From: Klebsormidium nitens
Taxonomy: Eukaryota > Plantae > Klebsormidiophyceae
Length of the DNA: 64,000 nt
Direction: 5' to 3'
NCBI GenBank assembly: GCA_000708835.1
Contig: DF237375.1
Location: 15,351-79,350, forward strand
Positions within the stretch are counted from its first letter, which is position 1. The number at the start of each line of letters is the position of its first letter. The notes beneath the pieces were generated by a model that was given only the letters and a program-made list of their open reading frames with translations, made no database searches and was not told where the DNA came from. Below, piece by piece: positions 1 to 13,250 of the stretch. A program made the position numbers and the translations under genes.

Positions 1-41
1 AGTGTTCATCGCGTCGAAGTTTTGCGCTCTCCTCCGTGCAG

Positions 42-3000
42 TATCATGTCCAGCTGGCACCTTTGTAGTGGTTTACCTGGGCAACCCGTCGTGCCAGCAG
101 AACTGCACAATCGACCAGACCTTTGTGAGTGCCCCTCGAATTTCCCCTGTCTCATTCGAGCCCCTCTTTTGGCAACAGCGCAATGTCACGAGATGTTCAA
201 TCTAGCATTTCAGCTTTATGGGTCTTTTCTTCAATGCAGGAGAACGTTCTCGAGGCAGTAGTAACGGGTCAGAGGTTTTCTCAAGGATTTACTCTTTTGT
301 TATGAACGGCGGTTTCTATTATTGGGAGAAGCAGAAAACTTCTGGCTACAAGCAATCAAACCACATCCAGATGAACGTTTTTCCGAGCAAACGCACTACA
401 TCCAGGTCGAAGGTAACGACAACTAAACAGCCCAAAAAAGCAGAGCCCAAGAATACCCCATTCTAGGCTTCAAGACCCCGAAAGCCAAAACTTGCCCGTT
501 CTGACAAACCCGATTCCGTTAACTCAGGTGAACGACGGTGTGAACCGGCCGAGCTGCGTCCAAGTTGACTGCGCCAAGAAGTATGCGAGCAAGCCGGTGT
601 ATGATCCGGTGACGCAGCTTTGCATAGCCACCACCGCCACCGACTGCCTCCTGGTGAGAATACGCTCCGTGTACCACGATCGCACGGTCCGAAGGCTTCT
701 GGTGGCAATTAACGGTTGATTGCTTCTCCGCTTTGATCATGTTGCAGTTTCAAGATATTGACCATATTTGTACGAAGGACTAGAGGGCCCGGCCAGCGTA
801 AACGCTGAACGGTGGAGATGTTTCAGAACCCATCAATGTCTAGACACACCAACTAACATGAGCTCTGGATCTGGAAGTTGATAAAGTTGATTTGACACGT
901 GTCCCCGCCGTCGCTTGCTGACCAGTGAGCTTCTCTCGCAGAACTGCAATACCCCTTCGGGCAGCAGCGGCGGGGGCGTTCTGGTGGCGGGGCCCAGCGC
1001 GGTGAGTGTCCTCAAGAAAATGACCATGTTGTTTTAGTTAAGCGGGAATCTTAGAGGTCAGCTAGGATGTCTCATCGTAGCAATCGCTTACCAGTCCTGA
1101 CCAAGATGTTATCTTTCAAATTTTAGTCGATTTGACAACTTTAGACCGTGCGTAATATAAGAGCCGCTCCGCCATCTGCATTTGCTTCTGGTTAGTGACC
1201 CGTGATTATCAAACCCTGGGTTACCCGACCTCAAATGCAAGTTTTGGCCGTCCCTAATCGTCCGCACAACCAGAGCAATCCGGGCTCTCATTTGCCACCG
1301 CGGACCTCTTACCGCAAACAACACCAGCTGCTTTTGCGGTTGCTATGGTATAACAACGGTTGTAAACCCGGTTCTCGCTAACTATCCGCAGAACCAGACC
1401 GTTTCTGCCCCCAACTGTCACCACGGCACCCCCACAGCGGACAACTCCAGCTGCGTTTGCGATTTGGGTTACCAAACCGCGGCGGGTCAGGACTTCAGCA
1501 AGTACCAGTGGTGCACGGTGGTCGCCGTGGTCAACGCTAACCCGAGCGGGTCAGGCAGCAACGGCTCCAGTTATGTCGTAACCCAGGCGGCGAGCAACAG
1601 CACATCGACGGCGGTAGGTTTGATTTCACCAGATCTTAGAAAGAAGCAATTTCGAAGGTCAGGTGGCGACTAACACTGCGTATTCATCGCATCTCTGTCG
1701 CCGGAGAATCGCGTCCGGTTCAACCTCTTGGAACAGCAAGTACGTTAAGTACGATAAAAGACCTCGTAGGATTTGAGATGTTAAAGAAAGACGCCGTTGA
1801 GACAGCCCGCTCCCAAAGTCTACCATTTGACGAGTAACAAAAGATCGTGAGAGGCAAAGATGTCAAGACGTCGAAGCCGAGTCACTCTCCGTACGCTATG
1901 TGCAAAAGGAAGCATTCTCACCGTTCAATTGGCCCTCAAACTTTGGCCACGGGCAAATGAAGTAATCAAACCCTCCTTTCAATTTCGTTGCGACCCGGCG
2001 CCCTTCGCTTTTCCCATCATCTCAATTTCAATGAACGTGTGTGAAGATCCACAGTCGTTATTTCCACCTTAGGGCCCTTCGCTTTTAGCAATTTCTCAAT
2101 TGTAGATACGATAGCTCGATTACCACGTGACATGTAGAATAATTGCACAGGCGATCCTGGGGGGCGCACTTGGCGGCAGCGCTTTCCTCTGCTGCACGTG
2201 CGGGTGCTGCTGGTACTGGCGCCGGCGGCGCGCGCGCGCGCGCGAGTCGGAGGACGAGGAGCGCGAGCGGCCGCGCAGGAAGAAGCGCGGAAAGAAGGAC
2301 GGAAAGAAGGGCGAAAAGAAAGAGCGGAAGAGGAGAGGCAGCGAATCGGATGGCGAGGTGAAAAGGATATGATGCGAAAGTGGCGAAACTGACAGTTTAC
2401 AATTTGGGCCGGTCAAAGTGGATTGAATTATCGTGCCTTGTTGAGTGCATAGTCTACAAAGCGGTAATCTTTTTACATCCGCGGATCTGGGGGTTGCTGA
2501 GAGTTCAAAGTAACCAACTCGCCAAGGATCGTCACTTCATTGACAAGAGTTTCCGGAGCTACTGAGATCAACGTACAACAGTTGCAAATCATGCATGCTC
2601 GTAAACGCTGATGCAGGAGTCGAGAATCTACAAAATACAAAGCATTAATCCATATGAGGAAACGTTCGGTCGTATCTGCTTGATTGAAACTTGAGGAGAG
2701 CGTGGTGTGGACCGCTACGTCGAACGAAGCCTGGTGTGAACCTAGTTTCTTTTCCTTCGAGTGAAAACGGGGCCATCCCATTCTGTGCCAGATCGAGACG
2801 GGTTCCTTAACCCCCACATACTTCGTAATTCTCCCCGACCTTTCATTCATCCTCGAACGCGGTCAAAGACGAAGTCATCAAACTGCTGCAGAGATCATAT
2901 TTCTCGCTTCCGTTGCTCACAGGAGCCGCCCGCGCCTTCCCCCGGGCCATCATCGCCGAGCAGCGGCACGGCCATGCTGAGCCCCCCGGTCTCTCCACCC

Positions 3001-3489
3001 GGGCAGTGGAACGTCCCCCCCCAAATGATGTATCCTCCGTACGGTGACCCCCGTTTCTCCATGGGGGGGTTCCCGCGGCATTCTGTCATGGGCGGCCCTA
3101 CCCCCCTGATGCCGATGATGGGCGGTACAGCTTACCCGGGGTATCCGCAGCAGCCGGTTGGTACCGTCATGGGACCGTCGGGGGAGGTTTACCTGGAGCA
3201 GAACCCGTACCTCGTGCAAGACTTTCGTATGGGCGCCCCGAGCGTGATCGGGGGGATGCGCGCAAGCGGCGCCAGCGTTTTCCCGGGAGATATGCGCGCA
3301 AGCGGCGCCAGCGTTTTCCCGGGAGATATGCGCACGAGCGGCGCTGGCGTTTTCCCAGGGGACATGCGCGCGAGCGTGATGGGGCTTCCCCCGGGGGGAA
3401 TGCGCGCGAGCGGCGGGAGCGTTTTTCCGGGCGGGGGAGCGTATCCGATCCAAATGGGACTTAACATGTACGAACCGTATCGGGGATGA
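42..3489 (+). CDS. 5'-partial single-pass membrane protein: Cys-rich and EGF-like ectodomain, TM helix, basic linker, Pro/Gly/Met-rich tail
   Basis: Phase-consistent GT-AG exons 42-124, 528-653, 942-1001, 1392-1613, 2151-2357, 2923-3489(TGA). EGF-like CHHGTPTADNSSCVCDLGY...QWC; TM AILGGALGGSAFLCCTCGCCWYW followed by RRRR. The start lies upstream of the window. Confidence 0.75.
3256..3432 (+). repeat. Coding tandem repeat, 36-nt unit (MRASGASVFPGD), about 5 copies
   Basis: Seen directly in DNA (atgcgcgcaagcggcgccagcgttttcccgggagat) and in the translation. Confidence 0.9.
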
Positions 3490-4889
3490 GCTGAAACATG
3501 ACTTCCACGCTCAACGAGAGTTTTCAGTCTCCAATTGTAACACCAGAACAACCTGAATTGATTCGATCAGCGACAGGCGCAACAGGTGACGTATGTGAAC
3601 CGTCTCAGCTATTTCTACTGCAGTAGGCCGAGAGTTCCTGAAATCTCCGATCCGGATGTAGAATCACTATTCGAGCGATTATGTTGTCGGCCTGTTTGCT
3701 TTCCCCGATAGGCGCGCTCGCCGACTTCAAATGGGGTTGAGAGACTGCCACAAGTCTCTAAGCAAGTAGACTCATGAAACGAGCACCGTTGATCTGAAGC
3801 CGCACGTCCCTTTTGGTAGAAGTGTTGCTTTGTCAATTGACCGAATGTCTGGACTTCTTTGACGATCGGCTGGGTGGCCCGCCATGCATGGATCGGAAGC
3901 GACTGTCGAAGCTCAATTGTCAATTTGGCCCGTTGTCGGTACCTTTTGCTAGCGAATTATTTTTGCCTATTATTTCCAACTCGTCAAGAAAAAACTGAGA
4001 CCGTGTAAAGCGTTGATTTTTACCGACCTGAATTGTACGGGTTTGGGAAACCCCTTTTTGACAAAATTGTACGTAATCTGAACATTCGAAGGCACTTGTC
4101 CGCCTCGCTTATATATCTGTGCTTGCCAGTATAGGTATAACATATGGTACACACTTTATCATGGTCTACATGGCGACCAACGGCCGGCGCCTAACAGAAC
4201 GTTTTCACACTTACAGATGTGCAGATGTAAAGCCGGTAGCAATTTAATTGGTAATCGAGAGATACGTTGCGCTTCTCCATGTTCTTCCAAAAGTTACAAA
4301 TATGTTCGCAAACCCGTACAAGACAGCGATATCAATCCCATTGGAAGCACGTCATCACTCGTCTTGCGGAACGTGCGTCTGTCCGAGCATGGGATTACAT
4401 TGTTCATGCAAATGCCGCAAATCGAACTGTCGACCTATGCACGAGCTTCGCTAACGCGTGCCCGGTTACCAACGAACAGAGGCACAACATAGCCATGGCG
4501 ACTTGCCACAAATGATGGTTTCCGCCTTAAAGTTGGTTTGGAGCTGAATGAAGACACCGAAAATTTGATTGCAGATGCGAGCTTTCAGCGCCCGATGATG
4601 CGTTCGGGACGCCATCGTGTGCGACATGCAATTCATATATTCATGCCAACTGATGCATGCGTTTCAGTAGACGTTTGTTTGTCCACTGCATACCTTTGAC
4701 CGCATACGCCCCTCAATGCTGTTGCACTTTCGGCCGATAACCTGCGCTCTACTCCGTCCACTAAACCGAACCTCGCGATTTTCGCACAATAAACTCCTCA
4801 AGGGGCAAAACAGTAGACTCGAGTCCGCGTCACCTCCCATCACATATCCGCTTCCTTAAAACCCCCCAGCCTGGCACTCAAACCCACTC

Positions 4890-7800
4890 TCATCTCCCCG
4901 ACTCCATCGCCGATCCCCCTTGAGCGGCCGCCTGCTGCGCCTGCGCGGTCGCGACCTCCGTCTGCGCGGCCGTCAGCAGCTGCGCGGCCGCGTCGGCCGC
5001 CATGCCCGTCGCCGCCGCGCGCGCCATAAACGCCTGGTGCTCGGCGGGCCCCCCGGCCGCGGCTTGCAGCGCCGATTGCCGGGCGTCTGCCAGGGCCTGG
5101 GGGCTGAGAGCGGCGCCCAGGGGAGGCGTACCGGGGACAACTGGAGTTGGAACGGGCGTTGGAGCAACGACAACTTGCGGCTGCGTGGAAGGAAACGAAA
5201 GTAAAGTGTCAACGATGTTTTGAAGAAGCGGCCCGTAGTCTGCACAGTAGAGCGCCCAGATGAGACAATCCGGGGAGCAATCGGGGCTGAGACGGGCGTC
5301 GGGGCGATGACAACTTCTTCGATCAGCGGCCTTCGCTAACATGAAAGAACCAGTTAAAAGACCTTTCTAAACTTGCTGCGGCCCTTATTGCCCACCGCTC
5401 ATCGAGCAACTAATTACTAAATCGAACTGTTTTGGCTTCATTTTCCAAATGTTTCAAAGAACGGGTGCTGAGATTGTTTTCAGTGCTGCGTTGACCTCGT
5501 AACTTGCCCCAGTCTATCCGCAGTCGGAATCCTAGCTCAGCATCGACGACATTGATCGTGTGGGATTGTTTTCTGTCAGGGTGAAGATTTCGCCTGTTGT
5601 TAAAACTTGATGAAGAAGTACAATTCTCCCCGAACTTGTGAAGAGCGACTGAAATACAAACCACCCAACCATTCAAAACGGGCTTTGCCCCGCGAACAAC
5701 TAGGTTCGAGAATCTTCCTCACCTGCTGCGGCTTCCCTTCCCCACAACCGACTGCGCCGCTTGGGCTGCCAACAAGGACAACTAGAGCGAGACCTTTCTC
5801 ACCTGCTGCGGCATCCCCGCGACCACCGACTGCGCCGCTTGCGCTGCCAGCGCCTGCTGCGCCGCCGTCTTCGCCATCTGCTCCTCGGACGTCTTCGCGG
5901 CCGCGTCGCGCGTCGCGGCCGCCTGCTCCGAAATGGCGCTCGCGGCCGCCTCCTTGGCCGCGGTCTGAGCGGCTTCCGAAGCCGCCTGGATCAGAAACGA
6001 AGCCCCAGTTACGTTTCAGTCAAACCCGCGCTGAATTGAAGAATTTTTAGGACTTAAATGAATCCATGTCAAAGACACTCTAGGCGGAGGTCGAAAAGGC
6101 GCCAAGAGGACTGTGAAGATACAGTGAACGACGAAAGGCGAAGCTAGTCTCGCGGTCTGAGCGGCTTCCGAGGCCGCCTGGATCAGAAACGGGCTCCGGT
6201 AAGCTAAGGGGTCGGGATCGCGGAGTTTCGTATCTAGGATAAAATCTAAGCGCGCCTCCTCTAGAGGTCGAGGAAAGCATTTTGATCGGGAAAAACCGAA
6301 CAGAGAAGCGGAAGCAAGTCTCCTCCTTGGCCGCGGTCTGCGCGGCTTCCGAGGCCGCTTGATAAAAAAACGGGTCCCCAGCTAAATTAGAAGGCTTAAA
6401 AATAAAGACTTTCGAGACTCAAGCGCGCCTCTGGTGGAGGTCGATAGTTGCGTCATCAACACATCCAAAGACCAGAAGACCAAAAAGGATTACGGTAAGC
6501 AAGACGCAGACGGTTAATCCGAAATACCTCAAGGCGCTCCGGTCAAAAACGATTTTCGAACCGAGACAAGGAAGAGACTGACTGTTTCTCAGAAATATAA
6601 AGACCTGTGAGCACATTTTTCTGCCAAGCAATTAAAAGCGACGCCAGTATCTAAAGCCGCCTTTGACGCCTCGTCTGACAACAAACATTTTCGGGTCGAG
6701 AGTTGGGTCCAGGATAAAAACTTCCTGTTCTGAAGTGACTACTGCGAGAGCAAGCTTTTGGAAGATCTTGCGTCATTTGAAGAGCGTGTCGAGAGGACGG
6801 AAATCCAACGCGCCCTCCCATCAGTCGCGATCGAGTTGCTTCTGCTGCCGCTGGAGCAAAATGGTGCTCACAAATGTCGGGCTAAAACAACGTACAAAAG
6901 CTTCATTATTTGTAACTTCGCTCGACTGAAAACCTGTTTTGAGAAACGGGTCTGAAGGAACGAAGACACGAAGGTAATCTTTGGCCACGAATTGAGCTGC
7001 CCATCCTCGAGGCCGTTTGAAATCCAAGAGGCACACGCTTCGCTTCGCATGAAATAAAGGAGCATAAGCAGAAAATTAGAAATGCTCCATGACGTGAGCG
7101 AAGCCCATTGACATAGCCAGTGGCCGAAGCCGTTTCTGGAACCGCAGTCAGAGGTCCAGAGCAGGGGTGCCAACACTTTATGTCTGGCACGAAGTGGATA
7201 TTAAGACGTTCAATCAAGCCCAGCGTCAAGAGACCAGAGCAAAGCTTTGTGGCCATGTTTTGGACCAGTCTTTATGAGGTGCCTCATTCTGAAACCTTTC
7301 CCTGAGTTGCAACCATGGAGAGAAAAGACTTTGAACAGAAGGGGAAAGCCGAAATCGAAAAGTCACAGGGGGGGGGCTCTCCGATTCAATCGGTGCGGAT
7401 CAACTTCATGTGGAGTATGCTCTTTCCCAAGGACCCAAAAACTCCCACCACAGATAACCAAATTCTAATGAACCGAGTGTCTCGATCTGTGCATAAAAGC
7501 ATCCAACTTGTGCACAAATCCTGAAAATGCATTTTCAAGAAACAACGGTGGATGTTTCCCGATTTTAGGAGAGATTTCTATAACAACATAGCGCAGGTTA
7601 CAATTACGGAATACTTGACACTCCTCACAGAATGACACCTCCAATCTAACCCCAAAACGAGCTCATAGTCAAAACCCCACATTGTATGACGGTATTCCTC
7701 AATACGACCTCCTCAGCTTGCAACATCACCGCAGCAGGTGATGCCGTAGAAGGTAAGAGCTTTGGTGCATTATAAATATTCGATTGCGAACTCCTCTCAC

Positions 7801-8590
7801 TTGAGAATCCGGCGACAAGTTTCATTGTCTCCAACTATCTTGGACCAACAGCACACCAACGCTTTCAAATCTTTCAGCTACAAGTAACTTTATCTCTCAA
7901 AGGATCGCACCTGCTTTTTGGTGTTCTCCTCCTTTGGCAACTCTTACAAAAATTGCAATAAAAGGATCAACCATATTGAAGACAAACTGACACCATGAAA
8001 ATGCGCGCTTCGCACCAACCACCAACCAGTCCTGCAATTCGTTCTTATCTCAACGTGCATGCAAATGTGAGTACTGTTCAGGCCCTTGGAAAGCCCATAT
8101 CGAACCAGAAAGCAAAAGGGAGACAACAAACCCAATTTTGTCAGCATAAATGAAGCGTTCTTATAGACATTAAGTGGCTCTCTTGCTCAGCTCACACCCA
8201 AACCCGAAACCCAGACCCAGACCCAGACCCAGACCTGGAATTAGATCCAAAGTTGCTCACCTGCACCGCCGCCTGTTGCTTGACCTGCGTCTCCTGCGCT
8301 GCCTTCATCCCCAGCTCCTGCGCCGCTTGCTGCTTCTGCGCCGCTAGCATAGCCATTTCCTGAGCCTGCTTTTGCGCCTGAACCGCTGCCATGGACGCCT
8401 TCTGCGCCTGTTCTTGCAGAGACAGGGGCCTGGGTTCTCCCTGCTGCTCACCCCCCCCCTGCTGGCCCTGCTGCTGACCCCCCCCTTCTTGGCCCTGCTG
8501 CTGACCCCCCCCCTGCTGCTGCTGCTGTTCACCCCCCTGTTCCGGGGGAGCCTGCTTCTTGACGGCCGGTCCTTGCCCCTGGGATGCCAT
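4890..8590 (-). CDS. Low-complexity Gln/Ala/Gly-rich hypothetical protein (~267 aa)
   Basis: Exons 8590-8261 (ATG...CAG|gtgagc), 5985-5803 (tccag|GCG...CAG|gtgag) and 5180-4890 (pyrimidine tract + cag|CCG...TGA). All are phase 0 with coherent Q/A composition. Extra exons in the 2.3-kb intron cannot be excluded. Confidence 0.7.
5360..6450 (-). repeat. Degenerate tandem copies of both splice junctions of exon 5803-5985
   Basis: Donor-side copies at ~5713-5771 and ~5360-5385; acceptor-side copies at ~6150-6192 and ~6321-6373, within a ~170-200 bp unit. Confidence 0.85.
8196..8235 (+). repeat. Hexamer microsatellite (ACCCAG)n in intron 1
   Basis: acccaaacccgaaacccagacccagacccagacccagacc. Confidence 0.85.
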
Positions 8591-10334
8591 TGCTAGAAAA
8601 GGTGCTGAATGAATGTGGACTTGGAGTCTTGCTGTCAGGCAGCTGCCAAAGTGCATGCACGAGTGACTCTAGCTGAATATGAATCTCAGTCTCTAAACGT
8701 ATCAAGCTGTGCAATTTCGATGTGCTTCAGCTTTCAAACGGTTCAAAAGCTGCCCAACAAGTTTCTGCCTCTGGAAGCTCGACCTTCTTCCACTTTGCGA
8801 AAACGAGTCAGCCTTCTTTCTGCCAGTCCCTTTTCCAACGATTTGTCGGGAAAACAAGCGGTCTTCCTTCGACCCGTCCGTTTCACTGGAAAGCGGGTGA
8901 ACCAGGTTCCGTGTGCAATGCTCTAATACGGGGTTTGACGCGCCAGGAAGACACAGCGCTCTCGTGTGCGTACGAAGGCAAGGAATCCTCTCGGAGAAGT
9001 ACGAACTCATCAGCGCCTCAGGTTCGACGATTGGAAAGCGCAATCTGAACTCAAGGCCTCTGGCAGCAAGCTGCGAAAGCTAGATTGCACGGCAAGCAGC
9101 TGAGCAAATAACAGCCAGCAGCTCGAAGCCGCAGTGGACAGTTCGATACCCGCTGGTTATGATCTTCGATAATCTTAGCTGCAGATCCGCCACATTCGAC
9201 TCGAGTGGTCAAATGAAGCAGCGAAATTGGCAAGCTAGGTAGCCTGAACGGCTCAGCTGCGCGCTCAGTGTGCATGCAAGCTGCAGTGTCGGCGCGACGT
9301 ACGCTGGGCAACGAGGGACCACGTTGCATGATTGACACGAGTGAAACCGGTGCATTATACAGGCGCGGCGCGCCGGCCGGTCGGAGCCCGGTCGGAGCTG
9401 CCGGTTTGTCACGGTCGACTTCGATACGGTCTGACTGGTCACCGGGCGTGCCGTCGTGAGGAACGGCACTCCGACCGACGACAAGTCTGGGAAGCCGGCC
9501 CTACCGTAGCTCGCGGACAGGCAGATTGCAAGCTCCAAAGCTGAAAAGCTACTAGGTAGCTAGAGCTGATTAAGCTTTGTTTCCGGATTGCATGGATTGA
9601 CTGATCATTCGCTGGCCGCGGTGGCACGATGCCGATGCAAGATCTTAATTTGCATACCGTCTCGTCGTACAGTTGGTCAGCTACTCCATGATACATCTGG
9701 CTTGCAGATCTCGAAGTGCCAGCTAGGTGTTCTTTCTTTTTTCTTAATTACTCTAAGACGATAAACGTGCACATATGCATAGATTCCCTATTAGTATGAT
9801 TTGTATTTACTGGAGGCCTGCATGGAGATCATATATGTTTGCAAATGCTGGAGCGGCAGACAATATGACTGGAGCCGTGCGGGCGCCGCGGGCCACTGCC
9901 ATACTATCCAAACATGCCATCATGAATACTGATATGTTACCGCCGCGATAATAAGGCCACAACCTGATGTTATCGACACAAGTGATCGATTGGCTATCCG
10001 TCTAGTCCGATAGACAAGCGAACCGCTCGCGAACGAGAAATGGATTCCCAAACAAATGAGCCTTGCGATGGCGAGAAACTGACCAACATTCGAAGTCAAT
10101 AAACCAATTGGCAAAGCATGCGTGCAAACAGTACCTGATATGCCTCGGAAAGCGAGTGAAAATGGGTGCAATCAATGCAAGTTGCTGCGCGACGACCCAG
10201 AGCTGAACTTACAGGTAGTGCTTACAAAATTTTAGAAATTGGAGGCAAGCTCGCCCGGCATCATATAATGCGCCGGGGTTCTATCTATGTCGCATAAAAG
10301 GCCGTTGTCCGGTTTTCCTTGGTGTTAGCCAAAC

Positions 10335-13250
10335 TCAGAGATGCCCTTTGGAAAGAGCTGCCGCCACTTTGACTAGGAGTGTAGGTTTCCTCTCGCCCGC
10401 TTCAAACGTGCTTTGGCTCACATGTGCGCTTTGCTCAAATAGCCGGTCCCGTTCATGTCTCAACTGCTCTCGCAGCTCCGCATGGCTCGTCAGCAGCCAG
10501 AGCTGGCACTCGAGGTCCTTATCTAGCGACCGGAAACCAAAGTTCGGGCTCCCAATGGTCGTCAGGCATGGAGCCGACGAGGAGCCTCCCTTAGGCGAGA
10601 CATTCCCGTTCTGTGAGGCGCTTCCGTTTTGCGACACACTTCCGTGCTGCAAAACGCTTCCGTTCTGCGACATGTGTCCGGTCCGCGACACGCTTCCGTT
10701 CTGCAAAGCGCGTCCGTTTTCTGAGGCACGCCCGTCCTCTGCAGCCAGTGAAAGCCACAGCCCCTTTGCGTGGAACGTCCACCCCTCCCGGCTGTATTCA
10801 AAGATCTCCAGCCCCGCCTGGTGGTCTCCCCCCGCCCTCTCATACAGCCGCTGCTCCATGAGAGAGTACGCCCCGGGGATCAGCCCCGAGGGCCCTCTAC
10901 TGCCGTAAAAGCCGTTGGCTGTTGGGGCAGCTGTGACTATTTTCACGCGGAGCGACTCGTGCAGCGCCTCTAACAGGGCCTCCTCGTACGGCGCCGCAAG
11001 ATTGAAGTACGCGCTGGCCAGATGCACTAACGAATGACGTGGAAGGCGCCGGAAGAAGCTCAGAGTCGCGCGTTCGTCTTGCCGGACGCCGAGCGGCCCC
11101 ATCTGGACGGTCGGCAGAACCCACGTATCCGCAGCCGTCCGATCGAGCAGAAGACCTCCTGAAGCCGTCCAATCTGACTCCAGGCGTTCTCGTAAGGACT
11201 TCTTCGATGGGGAAACGCTATGCTCGCCTGGAGGGGTGAGAGGCTCCTTGCTGACATCGGCGGCCGTTTTGACGAAGTCCCGAACGGCGTTCCCCGCGGT
11301 TTGTTTGAAGCGTTCAGGGTCCGTGATAGGGTCTACGCCGCAAGGGGGGGGGCCGAGCGTGCCGTCGGGTTCTAGCGGGTAGGAGAAGTGGGAGACGGTG
11401 TCAACGAGACCGGTGAGGTAGGACGCGAGGGCGGGGCAGTCCTTTAAAAGCATGTAGCGGTCCTGAAAAGAACACCAGGGAAGTACGTCAGAACTGCAAT
11501 TGCATATAGCGGCCCTGAAAGGAAGAACGTTGGTAATACGTGAGAACTGATAGCATGTAGCACTGCAGGAGGGGTAACATGTGAGGGTTGACCGAGAATG
11601 AGCCAAAGATGTGATATGGGGGCGTTCTTCACTGAGAGCTTTACTTTGCAAGGTCCCAGTGGAAGTGATTGACTATTCTTCTTTTTCTTTCTCTAGGACG
11701 ACAGAAATGACAAGATTTGGCAAAAGGATCGCTGTTGTTTATTACCAAGGTGCTTGGTTCCTTTTCGACGACCCTTCAGCAAAGCGAACTAACTCTGGTT
11801 GCCAGAAATGAACAACCTGATTCGCGTACCCTTGTGAGCGAGTAGGAGGGACGAAGTCGAAATGACCCCCAACTCTACGGTTCACGATCTAGAAGCAGGA
11901 GATTAAGCGAGAGACATCATCGGCATGTTTCAAATGGATCGAGCCGCAAGCTACCAGTACACACGGTATTTCAAAAGAAAGAGCGGAAGTAAAAAAAGGC
12001 GAATCTGTGGAAGGGAGATTCAGGAGAGTCTGCCCTTTGAAAGCATTATGTTTCGACTCTGAGCGGGAGGCACAACATTCTGCATTTCGAAGGTTGTGTT
12101 GACGAAACGAAGATGTCGGATTTGCAAAAAACATGCCCGAACTAGTTCACAAAATAAGGTCGAAACATTTCTGGTGATGCTGCAAGCATCCGCGGCATTC
12201 AGCTTCTGAAAATCTGCTGTTGAGCTTCTGAAAATGTTCTTGTCTCCGACCTTTTGCTTCTTTCAACAGATGTAGAACACTGTTCCAATAACATCGTCGG
12301 GAAATGATTGTTGAGATACAAGAATGTCGTGCCCCGACCCTCACCTGTCGGTCAGTGAAGTAAGATGTGCTCAGGTTTGCCCCGCTCATCAGCGTGGTGT
12401 CGTCAAACACGTACGCCTTCAGGTGCATGATCCCAACAGTCTCATTGTACCGTGCCGGCAAGAACCGCTTCCAAAAGCCGCTCAACTCGGGTGTGTGATA
12501 CAGGCTGGCTTTCACCCAGCTCCCTGCTTTGCTCAGGACAGACTTGCAAATGAGGTCAGCAGTGGATGTCGGGGTCCCATCTTTGCCCCCGGTCGGCCTC
12601 GTGCCTCGAAGCGCATCAAACAGCAACGTGACCTGGAGTTCGGGGTTTGCGGCGGCTGCTTCCCCAACCGCATCCGCCAGTCGCTGCTCCATCTCATCCG
12701 TGCCTAGATACAGAGAAGCCAGCACGATCCTGTAGCGCGCCTTTGTGATCCCTTCTAGTAGTGCTTCGAAGTATTCGCTGGGGGATGAGAGTACTTTGAT
12801 ATTATCCCCATTGATGGGGAAGGCGGGGGCTTGGCTTGCGAGGTCACCCAGCAGTGCGTGCATGGCCGGGTCTACTTCTGGTCTGGATGACGAGGTGAAT
12901 GGTCTGACAGTGTGATTGTTGACTGCTCTTGCACTTGGAGCGAGGACTCGGAGTTTGCCACCGTTCAGACCACTCGCTTTCCTGGCCCCTTCCTGTGCAC
13001 CACCGCAAAGTGTTTGCTTGTTTTGCAAGCGCTGATCAGATATGTTCCAAGAAGGACTCTGTCTTGACAACAATTGCAATGAGGAGCTTCTAATTGGAGA
13101 AACAAGGAGCTGCTTTCTGGAGCATGTCCTTGTTGATGGCTTCAAGGGGTGTCCTCCAGTGCAGAATGAGTCCGCCCTGGTGCCCCTCGCCACAGTCCAG
13201 GAGAGCAAGCGCTGTAAGCTTGGTGACTTCACAAGACTTGACAGTGCCAT
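10335..13250 (-). CDS. PGS1: CDP-diacylglycerol--glycerol-3-phosphate 3-phosphatidyltransferase (PLD superfamily, mitochondrial type), ~677 aa
   Basis: Exons 13250-12345 and 11462-10335 join as YFTDRQ|DRY. Motifs HLKAYVFDD, GANLSTSYF, HAKGLW...IGSPNFGFRSLDKDLECQ, VTLLFDALRGTR. The N-terminal R/S/L-rich stretch looks like a presequence. Confidence 0.93.
10601..10727 (-). repeat. Coding 18-nt tandem repeat (QNGSxS-like), about 7 copies, inside PGS1
   Basis: Translation SENGRALQNGSVSRTGHMSQNGSVLQHGSVSQNGSASQNGNVS; DNA unit cttccgttctgcgacacg-like on the + strand. Confidence 0.85.

Noticed and set aside
2950-3551. Long antisense ORFs over gene 1 (similar cases over PGS1, ABCD4 and the PHD gene)
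   Set aside because: They are shadows of GC-rich or repetitive coding exons on the opposite strand and have no motifs of their own.
6663-7500. Several 60-116 aa ORFs in the large intron of the Q/A-rich gene (possible TE relic)
   Set aside because: No recognisable transposase or RT motif, TIR or TSD, so I cannot support a call.
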